A stretch of DNA of 64,000 bases from Bacteroidota bacterium (GTDB lineage Bacteria > Bacteroidota > Bacteroidia > UKL13-3): positions 3,689 to 67,688 of the forward strand of contig JANYDU010000012.1 of the NCBI GenBank assembly GCA_025359805.1, written 5' to 3'. The notes under the pieces were generated by a model. The model was given only the letters and a program-made list of their open reading frames with translations. It searched no databases and was not told the DNA's origin. Both the position numbers and the translations under genes were made by a program. Numbering within the stretch: position 1 is the first letter of the stretch; every line of letters starts with the position of its first letter. Shown piece after piece: positions 40,838-51,963 of this stretch.

Positions 40838-42210
40838 TAATGTGTGGCTTGTTGATGTACGCTTTTAAACACATCCACTTTTTTGCTTAATCTGATGAAC
40901 CTCCAACTTAGCATAGCTGCAGAAAATGTTAATCCAACGAGTAATCCAATCCAAATCCCATACAAGCTCATGTTATAGGAAAAAGCTAATACATATCCAA
41001 TTGGAATGCCAATAACCCAATACGCAACAATGGTTATAAATGTTGGAATTTTAGTATCCTCAATTCCTCGCAAAATACCTAATCCCACACATTGAATACC
41101 GTCTGATAATTGAAATACTGCAGCAATTAATAATAAATAAACTGCCATACCTGCTACACCAGAATCATCAACATATAATGCAATAATTGCTTTGCTAAAA
41201 ATGGAAAAAATTAAAGCGCAACCACCCATAAATAATGTTCCTAAAATAAGTGCCGCTTTTCCTGAGCGAATAATATCTGTTTTGTTTTTTCTTCCTAATG
41301 CATCACCAACTAAAATAGAACCACCAGCTGCAATTCCTGTTGCAATCATATAGGTTATAGATGCAACATTAATGGCAATATGATGTGCGGCTAATTCATT
41401 TTTTCCTATCCAACCAATAATAATTGCTGCAGATGAAAAAGCTCCTACTTCAAAAAAATATTGAAGACCTGATGGCAATCCTATTTGAAAAATTTGCTTG
41501 AAAAATTGTATCCTACTTAAACGTTCTTTTACCCTAATAAAATTTTTGTATTGCTTGTGCCATAATACAAACGCAATCATACATACGGCCATTAAAATAC
41601 GTGCAATAAGTGTGGCCCAACCAGCGCCCATCAAACCCATTTTTGGAAATCCCCAATTGCCATAAATAAACAACCAGTTTAAAAATATATTTAAGAGTAA
41701 AGCAGTAAGTGTAATGATGGCTGATGGTTTTGTAAACGATATGCCATCACTAAATTGTTTTGCTGCAAAAAACAGTAATAAAGGAAGCGTACTAAACGTA
41801 AGCATATTTAATAATTTTACTGCTAAAATGGTTACATCTTCGGCTTGTTTAAAAATGTAAAAATTGGCGGCTAATAAAAACAGCACAGCACAAATGAAAA
41901 TACTTAAAGCAATAGCAGCATTCATTCCTTGACGAAATAATAATGCACAACTATTATTATTGCCTGCGCCTTTGGCCTGCGCCACAAGTGGAGACACAGC
42001 AGTTAATGTTCCAATTCCCAAAATAGAAACTAAAAAATAAACGGAATTAGCTAATCCTGCTGCAGCTAAATTTGTGGCATCAATTCTTCCAATCATAATC
42101 ACATCGGCAACACCCATTAATACAATGCCAACCTGACCAATAATTATAGGGTAACTAAGGATACTGATTTTTTTAAAATAGGGAGTATAATTTGATAGTA
42201 TAGTTTTCAA
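40837..42210 (-). CDS. MATE family efflux transporter
   Basis: D..MIG, P.MG..GAG.AT, GLP, FE, FQLSDG.Q...G.LRG..DT..P. Confidence 0.93.
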   Translation of the reverse strand: MKTILSNYTPYFKKISILSYPIIIGQVGIVLMGVADVIMIGRIDATNLAAAGLANSVYFLVSILGIGTLTAVSPLVAQAKGAGNNNSCALLFRQGMNAAIALSIFICAVLFLLAANFYIFKQAEDVTILAVKLLNMLTFSTLPLLLFFAAKQFSDGISFTKPSAIITLTALLLNIFLNWLFIYGNWGFPKMGLMGAGWATLIARILMAVCMIAFVLWHKQYKNFIRVKERLSRIQFFKQIFQIGLPSGLQYFFEVGAFSSAAIIIGWIGKNELAAHHIAINVASITYMIATGIAAGGSILVGDALGRKNKTDIIRSGKAALILGTLFMGGCALIFSIFSKAIIALYVDDSGVAGMAVYLLLIAAVFQLSDGIQCVGLGILRGIEDTKIPTFITIVAYWVIGIPIGYVLAFSYNMSLYGIWIGLLVGLTFSAAMLSWRFIRLSKKVDVFKSVHQQATH

Positions 42211-42283
42211 TATTGATTTTTAATGAGGCGCGAATATAATAGATGCCTTTGAGAAAGGAGAATGAGAGGAAAAGTAAGCGTTC

Positions 42284-43570
42284 CTATTTTCTCACAAAAG
42301 GTCTTGTAATTATTCTGATGGCTCTTTGATAGCTAATGTAATTCCACATCCAATTGATAAAAACAATTAATCTGTTGCGGTAACCAACTAATAACATCAA
42401 GTGTAAAAACATCCATCCTAACCATGCAATATATCCTTGCATTTTTATCCCAAAAGATTCAAAAACTGCTTTATGCCTGCCAACGGTTGCCATTGATCCT
42501 TTATCAAAATAATGAAATGATTGAAGTGGTTTATTGGAGATTAAATGGGTTAAGTTTTTAGCAAACAATTGAGCTTGCTGCACAGCAACGGGAGCAACCA
42601 TTGGATGTCCGTTTGGATATTTTTCATCACCATTCATTAAAGCAATATCGCCAATGGCAAAAATATTTTTATATCCCTCAATTTGATTGTGTGCATTTAC
42701 TTTATATCGGTTTCCTTTTCCTAAAGCATCAATAGAAATTCCATCAATACTTTTCCCCTTTACGCCCGCGCTCCAAATCACAGTATCCGTTTCAATGGTT
42801 TCTCCATTATTTAAGGTAATTGTGTTTCCATTGTAAGAAACCACAGCAATATTTAATTTTATCTGAACACCTAATTCATTTAAAAATTTTGCCGCACCTG
42901 TTGATGATGCCTCACTCATTGAAGCCAATAAACGAGAAGCGGATTCGATTAAATAAACATTCATTTTTGAGGCATCTAATTCTGTGTAATCAGCAGGCAA
43001 TACATTCTTCTTCATTTCGGCTAAAGCGCCAGCAGTTTCTACTCCTGTGGGACCACCACCTACTACTACGAAATTTAAAATGCGTGTAATATTGCTCGTG
43101 TCACTTTCGCTTAATGCTTTTTCAAACTCTTGTAAAATATCACTTCGCAAATCCAATGCATCTGTAATTGATTTGAGTTGCATGCTATATTTTTCTAATT
43201 CGGCATTGCCAAAAAAATTAGTTTGTGAACCAGTTGCAATGCATAAATAATCAAAATTAAACTCACCAATATTTGTTGAAACACATTTTTTGTTTGTATC
43301 AACCGTTAGCACTTCAGCCATTCGAAATGCTATATTCGAAAGCTTTGAAATAATTTTTCGCAAGGGATAAGCAATCGCATCTGGACCCAACCCTCCGGAA
43401 GCTACTTGATATAAAAGTGGTTGAAAAGTATGGTAATTATTTTTATCGAGAAGCGTAACTTTTACAGGCTTATTTTTAAGTTGCTTAACCAACTCTATTC
43501 CTGCAAAACCGCCACCAATAATAATTAGATGTGGAGCTTGCATATTTTTGTAATCGGTATTCATAACCAA
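42284..43570 (-). CDS. ndh: Type II NADH dehydrogenase
   Basis: GGGFAG, FQPLLYQVA, GGGPTGVE.AG, WSAGV, FAIGD, DKGSMATVGR. Confidence 0.93.
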   Translation of the reverse strand: MVMNTDYKNMQAPHLIIIGGGFAGIELVKQLKNKPVKVTLLDKNNYHTFQPLLYQVASGGLGPDAIAYPLRKIISKLSNIAFRMAEVLTVDTNKKCVSTNIGEFNFDYLCIATGSQTNFFGNAELEKYSMQLKSITDALDLRSDILQEFEKALSESDTSNITRILNFVVVGGGPTGVETAGALAEMKKNVLPADYTELDASKMNVYLIESASRLLASMSEASSTGAAKFLNELGVQIKLNIAVVSYNGNTITLNNGETIETDTVIWSAGVKGKSIDGISIDALGKGNRYKVNAHNQIEGYKNIFAIGDIALMNGDEKYPNGHPMVAPVAVQQAQLFAKNLTHLISNKPLQSFHYFDKGSMATVGRHKAVFESFGIKMQGYIAWLGWMFLHLMLLVGYRNRLIVFINWMWNYISYQRAIRIITRPFVRK

Positions 43571-43752
43571 TGTATTTAGTGAAACGAAGTTATAAGGATT
43601 ATAGATTGTTGTTGAAATAAAATCAAGAAAATTTGTTTTTGCATTTCATTTTTCAATAGCAAAATTCTGTAAAATCAATTCATAGAATAACTGATTTTTT
43701 CTTTAGCACTTCTTCATCTATCTATTATCTTCGCCAAAAATTTTAAGTTTAG

Positions 43753-46473
43753 ATGGATAAATTTTCATATATCAGTAATGCTGATGTGAGTGTGATAGAT
43801 GACCTATATCAACAATATTTAAAAGATCAAAACTCGGTTGATTTTGGATGGAAAAAGTTTTTTGAAGGCTTTGAAATGGGTCAGCAAAAATTTAATGGGA
43901 ACTCAAAAAACACTCCCGTTATTTCTGAAAATATCATTAAAGAAATAAATGTATTAAACCTCATTAAAGGGTATCGTACACGCGGGCATTTATTTACGCA
44001 TACCAATCCTGTTCGTGAGCGTAGGCATTATGTTCCAACGCTTGATTTAGAAAATTTTGGACTAACCACAAACGACCTCGATACTGTTTTTAATGCAGGA
44101 GTTGAAATAGGTGTTGGTGCTGCAAAACTCAAAGATATTATTGCTCATTTAGAAACAACTTATTGCCAATCCATAGGAGCAGAATATGTGTATATCCGTG
44201 AGCCTAAAAGATTAGAATGGCTGCAACAAAAAATGGAGAGCAGTAAAAATATTCCTCAACTTTCGTTAGATGAAAAGAGACATATTCTTTCTAAGCTAAA
44301 TGAAGCCAGTGTGTTTGAAAATTTTTTGCATACCAAATTTGTTGGGCAAAAAAGATTTTCTTTGGAAGGATTGGAAACGCTTATTCCCGCTTTAGATTCT
44401 GTTATTCAATATGGATCGGAATTAGGCGTTGAAGAATTTATTTTAGGTATGGCTCATCGTGGAAGATTGAATGTGCTTACCAATATTTTAAACAAAACTT
44501 ATGAAGAAATTTTTAGAGAGTTTGAAGGTAAAGCTTATGAAGAAGCGCTGTTTGAAGGGGATGTAAAATATCACTTAGGTTATTCAACACAACTCACAAC
44601 AAAAAGTGGCAAAAAAGTTCATTTGAGTTTATCTCCAAATCCCTCACACTTAGAAACCGTGAACCCTGTTGTGAAAGGAATTGCTCGTGCAAAATTGGAC
44701 AAAAATTATGCGAGCGATATTGATAAAATTGCGCCTATACTCATTCATGGTGACGCTTCTGTTGCTGGACAAGGTGTTGTGTATGAAGTATTGCAAATGG
44801 CAGGATTAGAAGCCTACACAGTTGGCGGTTGTATTCATATTGTTACCAATAATCAAATTGGTTTTACTACAAATTATAGTGACGGACGAACTTCAACTTA
44901 TTGCAGTGATGTGGCTAAAACAACCTTATGCCCAGTGTTTCATGTGAATGCTGATGATGTGGAAGCAGTTGTTTTTACAGTTAAGTTAGCAATGGAATAT
45001 CGCCAGGAATTTAACAGCGATGTATTTATTGATTTGCTTGGCTACCGTAAATATGGACATAATGAAGGTGATGAGCCAAGATTTACTCAACCACTTTTAT
45101 ATAAAGCCATTGCCTCACATCCAAATCCTCGCGAAATTTATAATCAGAAATTACTGAGTGCTGGAAGTGTGGAAGCTGATTTAGCAAAAGAAATGGAAAC
45201 CAATTTCCGAAGGTTATTGCAAGAGAAATTAGAGATGGCAAAAAAATCTGAACCATCACAAGTGACTAATTTTATTGGCGATATATGGACAGGTTTTAGG
45301 GCATCAACAAAAGAAGATTTTGATACCATTCCGAATACTTCCATCGACAAAAAATTATTTATAACCCTTGCCGAAAAAATTACTTCAATACCCGAGGGAT
45401 TTAAAGCGTTTAATAAAATCGAAAAATTATTTAACGATCGTAAAAACATGATTAAAAATGATAGTTACGATTGGGCAATGGGTGAATTAATGGCATACGC
45501 ATCATTAGTAAATGAAGGCTTTGCAGTTCGTATGAGTGGGCAAGATTGTGAACGTGGTACTTTCTCTCACAGGCATGCCATTATCAAACAAGAAGACTCA
45601 GAAAAAGAACATAACGTAATTGATAGTTTAGGTGATTTGAAAAATGCCAATGCCGAATTTTATAACTCATTACTATCTGAATATGCAGTGCTTGGTTTTG
45701 AATATGGTTACTCTATGGCAACTCCAAAAACATTAACCATTTGGGAAGCACAATTTGGTGATTTTGCAAACGGTGCTCAAATTGTTATCGATCAATATAT
45801 AAGTAGTGCAGAGGCAAAATGGAAAACCTATAGTGGACTTGTTTTGATGTTACCTCATGGCTATGAAGGGCAAGGTCCTGAGCATTCATCGGCACGTGTT
45901 GAACGTTTTTTACAACTATGTGCAAACCGAAATATGCAAGTGTGTAATGTAACTTCACCTGCAAATTATTTTCATTTATTGCGCAGGCAAATTCATCGTG
46001 AGTTTAGAACTCCACTTGTTATCATGACTCCGAAAAGTTTGCTTCGTCATCCTTTATGTGTGAGTAAAATTGACGAGTTTACAAAAGGTGGTTTTAATGA
46101 AATTATTGATGATGATTTTGTAGATCAGAAAAAAGTAAAACGTGTTTTGTTTTGCACCGGAAAAATTTATTTTGATTTGTTAGATAAACAACAAAAAGAT
46201 AATCGAAAAGATATTGCCATTGTGAGGCTCGAACAACTTTATCCTTGCCCTGACAGACATCTAAAAAAGATGTACGAAAAATATTCCGATGCTGAGTTTT
46301 ATTGGGTTCAAGAAGAGCCAAAAAACATGGGAGCATGGACGTTTTTATTACGTTGGGATGTGAATTTTAAATTGAAATTAATTGCCCGTAAATCAAGTGC
46401 ATCACCAGCAACAGGTTTTGCAAAAGTGCATACTAAAGAACAAATGCAAATTGTGGAAGAAGCGTTTGCTTAG
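43753..46473 (+). CDS. sucA: 2-oxoglutarate dehydrogenase E1
   Basis: KRFSLEG, GMAHRGRLN, NPSHLE, HGDA, WEAQFGDF, PHGYEGQGPEHSS. Confidence 0.98.
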   Translation: MDKFSYISNADVSVIDDLYQQYLKDQNSVDFGWKKFFEGFEMGQQKFNGNSKNTPVISENIIKEINVLNLIKGYRTRGHLFTHTNPVRERRHYVPTLDLENFGLTTNDLDTVFNAGVEIGVGAAKLKDIIAHLETTYCQSIGAEYVYIREPKRLEWLQQKMESSKNIPQLSLDEKRHILSKLNEASVFENFLHTKFVGQKRFSLEGLETLIPALDSVIQYGSELGVEEFILGMAHRGRLNVLTNILNKTYEEIFREFEGKAYEEALFEGDVKYHLGYSTQLTTKSGKKVHLSLSPNPSHLETVNPVVKGIARAKLDKNYASDIDKIAPILIHGDASVAGQGVVYEVLQMAGLEAYTVGGCIHIVTNNQIGFTTNYSDGRTSTYCSDVAKTTLCPVFHVNADDVEAVVFTVKLAMEYRQEFNSDVFIDLLGYRKYGHNEGDEPRFTQPLLYKAIASHPNPREIYNQKLLSAGSVEADLAKEMETNFRRLLQEKLEMAKKSEPSQVTNFIGDIWTGFRASTKEDFDTIPNTSIDKKLFITLAEKITSIPEGFKAFNKIEKLFNDRKNMIKNDSYDWAMGELMAYASLVNEGFAVRMSGQDCERGTFSHRHAIIKQEDSEKEHNVIDSLGDLKNANAEFYNSLLSEYAVLGFEYGYSMATPKTLTIWEAQFGDFANGAQIVIDQYISSAEAKWKTYSGLVLMLPHGYEGQGPEHSSARVERFLQLCANRNMQVCNVTSPANYFHLLRRQIHREFRTPLVIMTPKSLLRHPLCVSKIDEFTKGGFNEIIDDDFVDQKKVKRVLFCTGKIYFDLLDKQQKDNRKDIAIVRLEQLYPCPDRHLKKMYEKYSDAEFYWVQEEPKNMGAWTFLLRWDVNFKLKLIARKSSASPATGFAKVHTKEQMQIVEEAFA

Positions 46474-46502
46474 GTTTAAAATGGATTAAGATAAAACAAT
46501 TT

Positions 46503-47642
46503 TTATTTTAAAATTTCTCTCGAAATAACAATACGTTGTACTTCCGAAGTGCCTTCATAAATTTGAGTAATTTTTGCATCACGCATTAAACGTTCCACAT
46601 GATACTCTTTTACATAACCGTATCCTCCATGCACTTGAACAGCTTCAGTGGTAATTTCCATTGCAGCAGTTGATGCAAATAATTTTGCCATCGAACTGGC
46701 TAAGGCATATTCTTTATGTTCGTCTTTTAACCAAGCAGCTTTTAAGCAAAGCAAACGAGCCATTTCTACTTGTGTAGCCATGTCGGCCAATTTAAATTGT
46801 ATAGCTTGATGATTTTTTATTTCTGTTCCAAATGCTTTACGTTCTTTTGAATATTTAATGGATAATTCCATTGCACCACTTGCAATTCCTAATGCTTGTG
46901 ATGCAATACCTATTCGCCCTCCGGCAAGCGTTTTCATGGCAAACTTAAACCCAAAACCATCTTCTCCAATTCTGTTTTCCTTTGGAACTTTTACATCAGT
47001 AAACATAATTGAATGGGTATCACTTGCACGAATTCCCATCTTCTGTTCTTTTCTTCCAACAACAATTCCAGGTGTGTTTTTTTCAACGATAAAAGCATTA
47101 ATTCCTTTATGTCCTTTTTCAACATGCGTTTGAGCAATTACCAAATATGTATCGGCAGTATTTCCACAGGTAATCCAGTTTTTTGTTCCGTTTAATAAAT
47201 AATAATCTCCTTTATCTTCGGCAGTAGTGCGTTGTGAAGTAGCATCACTTCCTGCTTCGGGTTCTGATAATAAAAATGCACCATGTACTTTTCCTGAAGC
47301 GAGTGGCACTAAATATTTCATTTTTTGCTCTTCGTTTGCAAAGGTTTCGAGTCCCCAACAAACCAAAGAATTATTTACAGATACTACCACCGAAACTGAT
47401 GCATCTATTTTTGAAAGTTCTTCCATCGCTAATACGTATGAAACAGTATCCATTCCACTACCGCCATATTTAGGATCTACCATCATTCCCATAAAACCAA
47501 GTTCGCCAAGTTTACGAATTTGCTCTAAAGGAAACTTTTGTTCTTCATCACGTTCAATCACACCGGGTAAAAGTTCGGTTTGTGCGAAATCACGTGCTGC
47601 TTGTTGCACGTTTAAATGCTCTTCGGTTAGTTCAAAATTCAT
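46503..47642 (-). CDS. Acyl-CoA dehydrogenase (short-chain/butyryl type)
   Basis: LSEPEAGSDA, NGTK.WIT, GRIGIA.QALG, HGGYGY, IYEGTSEVQR. Confidence 0.95.
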   Translation of the reverse strand: MNFELTEEHLNVQQAARDFAQTELLPGVIERDEEQKFPLEQIRKLGELGFMGMMVDPKYGGSGMDTVSYVLAMEELSKIDASVSVVVSVNNSLVCWGLETFANEEQKMKYLVPLASGKVHGAFLLSEPEAGSDATSQRTTAEDKGDYYLLNGTKNWITCGNTADTYLVIAQTHVEKGHKGINAFIVEKNTPGIVVGRKEQKMGIRASDTHSIMFTDVKVPKENRIGEDGFGFKFAMKTLAGGRIGIASQALGIASGAMELSIKYSKERKAFGTEIKNHQAIQFKLADMATQVEMARLLCLKAAWLKDEHKEYALASSMAKLFASTAAMEITTEAVQVHGGYGYVKEYHVERLMRDAKITQIYEGTSEVQRIVISREILK

Positions 47643-47824
47643 GGGAATAGTTTATTAAATTAAAAAGCGAAAATACTTATATCATTAACAAATGCAAAAG
47701 GAGAGTGTTTTTTGTTCCACACATTTTATAATTGATAAATGATGAGGAGTTTCCTGAGGCAGATTTTGTCAAACCATATTCAAAAGTTGGATGGATATGT
47801 TAAATATTTATAATGGATTACATC

Positions 47825-48763
47825 TTATTTTCTCTTCTCCTTCAAATCGGCATCATCAATTACATTCATTGCCATCATTTGCTTAAGTGTTTTGTTCATG
47901 CCATCTGTTGAACCATCTAAAAAAATCACATTGCCTTTTCCATCGGCAGCAAAATTTTTGATAGCTTCTGTCCACATACTAAATAATAAAAAAGAAGAAT
48001 CTAAATCTGCTTGTTTCATTTCTTGAGCAGCTTCACTCATCCCTTTTGCTACTTCTTTTCTAAACAGCGCAATTCCTTGTCCGCGCAACGCAGCAGCAAT
48101 TTTTTCTGCCTCTGCCGAAATTTTTATTGCATTTCCTTCTGCCTCTGCAGCTTTTGTTTTAGTAATTAATAAGGCTTGTCCTTCGTTTTCGGCAGCGGCT
48201 TTTAAATTAGATGAGGCAACCACTTGTGCCATTGATTTGGTGATGGCTTCATCAAACGTAATATCATTTAATTGTAAATCGAGTAAATGATAACCCCACG
48301 TTTCAAGCACATGATCAATACTATCTTTTACCGATTCAACAATTTCTTTTCGGAGTGAAAGAATTTCGGATTGTTTTTTTGTAGCTACAAAACCTCTTAT
48401 CGAACCTTCAATAGTTCGAATTAATGCCGTCATAAAATCACGATCGTTTACAAATTTAAAGGCTACATTTTTTAGTGTTTCTTCTTTGTTATCAAATACC
48501 GAATACAACAACATGGCTTTAAAATATACATTGGCTTGATCTTGTGTAATGGCTTGAAAATCTAATTCAATAGAACGATTTTGAATAGATACTCTGCGAT
48601 AAATTATTTCCAAAAAAGGAATTTTTATATTCAATCCTGGATACATTACCCTGCGGTATTTTCCAAACATGGTAATGATGGCAATGGTGCCTTGCTGAAC
48701 AGTTACAATAGAAAGAAAAATAGTAACAAATGCTAATACTAAAACAATAATTAAGGCTATCAT
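47825..48763 (-). CDS. SPFH/band 7 domain protein
   Basis: N-terminal TM, FGKY...PGL..KIP, T.DQA.V, Ala/Glu-rich coiled coil. Confidence 0.9.
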   Translation of the reverse strand: MIALIIVLVLAFVTIFLSIVTVQQGTIAIITMFGKYRRVMYPGLNIKIPFLEIIYRRVSIQNRSIELDFQAITQDQANVYFKAMLLYSVFDNKEETLKNVAFKFVNDRDFMTALIRTIEGSIRGFVATKKQSEILSLRKEIVESVKDSIDHVLETWGYHLLDLQLNDITFDEAITKSMAQVVASSNLKAAAENEGQALLITKTKAAEAEGNAIKISAEAEKIAAALRGQGIALFRKEVAKGMSEAAQEMKQADLDSSFLLFSMWTEAIKNFAADGKGNVIFLDGSTDGMNKTLKQMMAMNVIDDADLKEKRK

Positions 48764-48827
48764 AAGCGGTAAATTTTTATTCGAATGTAACCATTTTTAT
48801 ATATCGGAAAGCACATACCTTTGGCAC

Positions 48828-49652
48828 ATGCACAATTATTTATCATTTGAAATTTCATGTACCGATGAAGTAAAAGATATGCTGATTGCCGAATTAGCGG
48901 ATACCGGTTTTGAAGGATTTATTGAAACTGATACCGGTTTTACTGCTTATGTGGAGCAACCTCTTTTTAATGAAGTTGAATTTGAAAAAGTACTCGAACA
49001 ATATCATGTAGATGCAGATGATGTTCCTCGTTCCACTATCGAACAACAAAATTGGAACGCACAGTGGGAAGCATCTTTTGAACCTATTACAATTGGAAAT
49101 GAAATTATAGTTAAAGCTCCTTTTCATTTATTGGAAGAACATTATACCCACGAAATTATCATTCAACCTAAAAATACTTTTGGCACCGGACATCATGAAA
49201 CTACACAACTTATCTTACAGATGATGTTGCAATTTGATTTTAATAATAAATCGGTTTTTGATTACGGTTGTGGAACAGGTGTGCTGGGTATTTTTGCTTC
49301 AAAATTAGGTGCTTCAACTATTTTTGCCATTGATATTGATGAATGGAGTGCCGAAAACATTGGAGAGAATTGTGCGCTTAATAGCATAAGAAATATTGAA
49401 TTTAAAAAGGGTGATTTAAGTATTGTTGAAGACAAGAAGTTTGATATGATTTTAGCCAATATCAATAAAAATATTTTACTAAGTAGCTTCGCCAAATTAA
49501 CTCAATTGATGAATGAAAAAGCAACGCTTCTCATTAGTGGATTTTATGAAAACGATCTTGATGATTTAAAAACCGAAGCCGAAAAAAACAAACTAACTTT
49601 TCATCGCTATATCACAAAAAATAATTGGTGTGTGGCAGAGTTTAGCAGATAA
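48828..49652 (+). CDS. prmA: Ribosomal protein L11 methyltransferase
   Basis: NWN..WE..F.PI, FGTGHHETT, DYGCGTGVL, ILANI, ISGF. Confidence 0.95.
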   Translation: MHNYLSFEISCTDEVKDMLIAELADTGFEGFIETDTGFTAYVEQPLFNEVEFEKVLEQYHVDADDVPRSTIEQQNWNAQWEASFEPITIGNEIIVKAPFHLLEEHYTHEIIIQPKNTFGTGHHETTQLILQMMLQFDFNNKSVFDYGCGTGVLGIFASKLGASTIFAIDIDEWSAENIGENCALNSIRNIEFKKGDLSIVEDKKFDMILANINKNILLSSFAKLTQLMNEKATLLISGFYENDLDDLKTEAEKNKLTFHRYITKNNWCVAEFSR

Positions 49653-49730
49653 ATTTTCAATTCGTTTTTCAATACTTAAATTGCACTCCATATTTAAAAA
49701 TTTAACACCATCATTTAACAGATTAATTAT

Positions 49731-50924
49731 ATGTACAAAGATTCTTTAAAACCCATACTCGAAAAAGAAATTGCATCTATTAAAGAAGCAGGATTATTTA
49801 AAACCGAACGCATCATCACCACTCCACAAGGTGCTGTTGTAAAAACGGATGCAGGAAAAGAAGTGCTTATTTTTTGTGCCAATAATTATTTAGGATTATC
49901 CTCTCATCCACGTGTAGTTGAAGCTGCGCATAAAGCTTTAGATACACACGGATACGGAATGTCGAGTGTGCGATTTATTTGTGGTACGCAAGACATTCAC
50001 AAAGAATTAGAAAAAACCATTGCCAACTTTTATCAAACAGAAGATACCATTTTATATGCCGCTGCTTTTGATGCTAATGGGGGTGTTTTTGAACCTTTGT
50101 TTGGGGAAGAAGATGCGATTATCTCTGACGAATTAAATCATGCTTCTATTATTGATGGGGTGCGTTTGTGCAAGGCTCAACGCTATCGTTATAAAAATAA
50201 TGATATGGCTGATTTGGAAGAACAACTCAAAGCTTCGCAAGCACAACGCAACAGAATAATTGTAACCGATGGTGTATTTAGTATGGATGGTTATGTAGCG
50301 CAATTGGATAAAATTTGTGATTTGGCCGATAAGTATAATGCACTTGTAATGACGGATGAATGCCACAGTGCGGGCTTTATTGGTAAAACTGGAAGAGGTG
50401 TGCCAGAGTTGTGTAATGTGATGGGACGAGTAGATATTATTACTGGAACTTTAGGAAAAGCATTAGGTGGTGCCATGGGTGGTTATACCACGGGAAGAAA
50501 AGAAATTATTGATATGCTTCGCCAACGTTCTCGTCCGTATTTATTTTCAAATTCCTTAGCACCGGCTATTGTTGGAGCATCTATCGAAGTGTTTAAATTA
50601 TTAAATGAAACTACTTCATTGCGCGATAAACTAGAATGGAATGTAAATTATTTTAAAGAAGGTATGCGCAAAGTTGGATTGGAATTTAAAAATGGAAATT
50701 CGGCAATCGTTCCGGTAATGTTATACGATGCAAAACTTGCGCAAGATTATGCCAATAAATTATTAGAAGAAGGCATTTATGTAATTGGATTTTTCTTTCC
50801 AGTGGTACCAAAAGGACAAGCACGTATTCGTGTTCAACTATCGGCAGCACACGAAAAAGAACATTTGGATAAAGCCATTGCTGCTTTTGAAAAAGTTGGG
50901 AAAGAGTTGGGAGTGATTAAATAG
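49731..50924 (+). CDS. kbl: Glycine C-acetyltransferase (2-amino-3-ketobutyrate CoA ligase)
   Basis: [52 protein letters not shown]. Confidence 0.96.
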   Translation: MYKDSLKPILEKEIASIKEAGLFKTERIITTPQGAVVKTDAGKEVLIFCANNYLGLSSHPRVVEAAHKALDTHGYGMSSVRFICGTQDIHKELEKTIANFYQTEDTILYAAAFDANGGVFEPLFGEEDAIISDELNHASIIDGVRLCKAQRYRYKNNDMADLEEQLKASQAQRNRIIVTDGVFSMDGYVAQLDKICDLADKYNALVMTDECHSAGFIGKTGRGVPELCNVMGRVDIITGTLGKALGGAMGGYTTGRKEIIDMLRQRSRPYLFSNSLAPAIVGASIEVFKLLNETTSLRDKLEWNVNYFKEGMRKVGLEFKNGNSAIVPVMLYDAKLAQDYANKLLEEGIYVIGFFFPVVPKGQARIRVQLSAAHEKEHLDKAIAAFEKVGKELGVIK

Positions 50925-50947
50925 AATGTTTAGTGTTGAATTGAAAA

Positions 50948-51961
50948 TTATAACGCCACTTGTTGCACACCAACTGTTGCATGTTTGGTCATCAACTCTT
51001 CAATAATTTTTCCAGTAATATCGGGGTAATGAATATTGGGCGGGAAGCCAAAGTTTAACCAGCTTCTTAGCCGGGCAATAAATTCACCATCAATTTCTTT
51101 TACCATCGTTACGCCAATATCTTTTGCGGCAATGGCATTACATTGTTGTTCATATTGCCCAACCATCGGAATTACCATTACTTTTTTTCTCAAGTGTATT
51201 GCTTCAGCCGGGCTTTCAAATCCACCTGCTGTCAATAACCCATCACTTGCGGCTAAACTTTTTATAAAATCATCGTTATTAATTGGCGTAACGTTTACAT
51301 TTTCTTTTTTATAAGCCGCCTTACTGTGTTTGGTGTACACATCCCATTTCACATCCTTAATTTTTGTAAAATATTTTACCAATAATTCATCAGCATGTGC
51401 TGGTAAATAAACTGTAATATGTCCATCATTACTGGTTTCTAATTTTCTAATTTCACTTCTAATAACAGGAGTGTGAATGTATTTATCAAACGCTCTAAAA
51501 TGAAATCCATAGTGATCGGTTGCAGGAGCATAATTTCTAAAAACCCACTCAGCAAATCCATCACGTTTTTCTGGTCGTGGTGTTTTAGGAGATAAATAAG
51601 CCGATTGGTGACTAAGTGCAATGCAAGGTTTATTTTTTAGTTTACAAGCCCAAGCTGTTACAGGTTCAAAATCATTTATAACAAAATCATAATCATTTAC
51701 AGGAAACGTATTGATGTCTTTTAACAAATCAAAAGGGTGAAGATTTTTTACGGTATCAATCATATCAATTCCACCTTTTTTTCCGAAGGTATAACTCACC
51801 CCTTGTTTTTTATATTTAATCAAATAAGGCAATGAAACATCCGCTTGCCGACCACTAATTAATAAGTCCAATTCACCATAATTTAACAAGTGAGGAATAA
51901 TCTCCCGTGCCCTGCTTATATGTCCGTTACCGGTTGCTTGAATAGCGTATAAAATTTTCAT
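50948..51961 (-). CDS. GT-B glycosyltransferase (MJ1255/GT28-like), candidate diacylglycerol glycosyltransferase
   Basis: GNGHISRA, NDFEP, AGGF..P.EA, PM.GQYEQ..NA; 2 nt downstream of the PlcP-like gene. Confidence 0.82.
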   Translation of the reverse strand: MKILYAIQATGNGHISRAREIIPHLLNYGELDLLISGRQADVSLPYLIKYKKQGVSYTFGKKGGIDMIDTVKNLHPFDLLKDINTFPVNDYDFVINDFEPVTAWACKLKNKPCIALSHQSAYLSPKTPRPEKRDGFAEWVFRNYAPATDHYGFHFRAFDKYIHTPVIRSEIRKLETSNDGHITVYLPAHADELLVKYFTKIKDVKWDVYTKHSKAAYKKENVNVTPINNDDFIKSLAASDGLLTAGGFESPAEAIHLRKKVMVIPMVGQYEQQCNAIAAKDIGVTMVKEIDGEFIARLRSWLNFGFPPNIHYPDITGKIIEELMTKHATVGVQQVAL

Positions 51962-51963
51962 TC

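Noticed and set aside
47700..47824. Coding-looking intergenic stretch (LINDEEFPEADFVKPYSKVGWIC)
   Set aside because: Too short, weak start and no recognisable homology; cannot support a pseudogene or RNA call.
49731..50924. kbl as a serine palmitoyltransferase or sulfonolipid synthase belonging to the lipid cassette
   Set aside because: Carries Kbl-type motifs ([23 protein letters not shown]), is convergent with the cassette and has no TAAC array that I could see.
49652..50949. 12-bp inverted repeat AATTTTCAATTC / GAATTGAAAATT flanking kbl
   Set aside because: Very AT-rich, no target duplication or transposase, and kbl is a housekeeping gene; chance is plausible.
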